NCBI GenBank assembly: GCA_028023455.1
Contig: JAQFVV010000005.1
Coordinates: forward strand, 13,826,001 to 13,890,000
Length of the DNA: 64,000 nt
Direction: 5' to 3'
Origin: Epiperipatus broadwayi
Taxonomy: Eukaryota; Animalia; Onychophora
Shown here piece by piece: positions 63,210-64,000 of the stretch. Position 1 is the first letter of the stretch. Every line of letters starts with the position of its first letter. The notes under the pieces were generated by a model that was not told where the DNA came from, searched no databases, and was given only the letters and a program-made list of their open reading frames with translations. Position numbers and translations under genes: made by a program.

Positions 63210-64000
63210 ATATAGATATTGTATAAAAATAAGCATTTAGATCAGATGTCCTATATCAAACATTGCCAGAAATCTTTTCCACTTGATTCTACAAGTCTGA
63301 AATGTCTACTTATTTGCTCACATTTCTCAAGGCAGTTTTTAATCTTTTATGGCTGTCAAATTTTATTATTTTTAAAAGATTTAATATTGCATTGCACACA
63401 TATTTGAAAGTTAAATTTAAAAAAAATTACTTTTCAGAAAGTACTTGTAAATTAATAAATCAAATTGTTTTCAATTTACATATTTTTTTCTGAGTTTATA
63501 AATAGTCTGGGCCAATTGATGAGTGCTGCTTCAGCACAAAATGTACATCTTAAGGTTCAATGATCATTTTCACATGTATTTGATCATTTGTTTATGATTA
63601 CATCCCTTCATAGGGTGTAAAAATCAGATAAAAAACAATCCTTACCTTGCATGAGAATGGACACTACAGAAATATTATATTTTTTCTTCTGTATCCTGCT
63701 GTGCCTAAGGCATGTGCACATATCGAATAATTATTTAAATTCATTTTAAATGCAGGGCTGGCCCAAAGCCAATGCGGACAGCATTTCGATTTTGAATATG
63801 AGTTTCTATCACCATTTATTTCTGATTTTTATTTTTTCTAATAATATAGATAGTAGTACTTAAAACAGTTTATTTTTAAACCATGATAGTATATTATCTT
63901 TTCAAAACAATAATGTTTAGTTAATTATATGCTGTGCAATGTATTTTTTGTCTGTCAAAAACAAACTTATAAAATATGAGTATATTATCATGAGTTATAA

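Overview
Very AT-rich animal (invertebrate-like) genomic DNA; no prokaryotic features, rRNA or CRISPR. The genes are a minus-strand cluster of tandem C2H2 zinc-finger paralogues: an intact 14-finger ORF (7846-9270), its tandem-duplicated pseudogene (~12150-13826) carrying an RTE insertion with an 11-bp TSD, and an intact ORF at 34388-35773 preceded by ~1 kb of decayed fingers. A truncated decayed copy of that upstream part lies in a 2.5-kb inverted duplication (57362-59891). The rest is mostly transposon remains: RTE-clade LINEs, two hAT remnants, a solo-LTR-like insertion, foldbacks and a 3'-truncated tRNA-Gly retrocopy. The main finding, invisible to the ORF track, is two related non-coding repeat subfamilies (A, ~440-nt unit; B, ~380-nt unit). 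Each carries a minimal type I hammerhead ribozyme motif with a palindromic helix III (7 motif copies in total), arranged as tandem copies plus a 5' inversion and once as a B-A chimera. This matches Penelope-associated hammerheads and non-LTR retrozymes. Coordinates were counted by hand; repeat boundaries are approximate, and no folding or database search was run.
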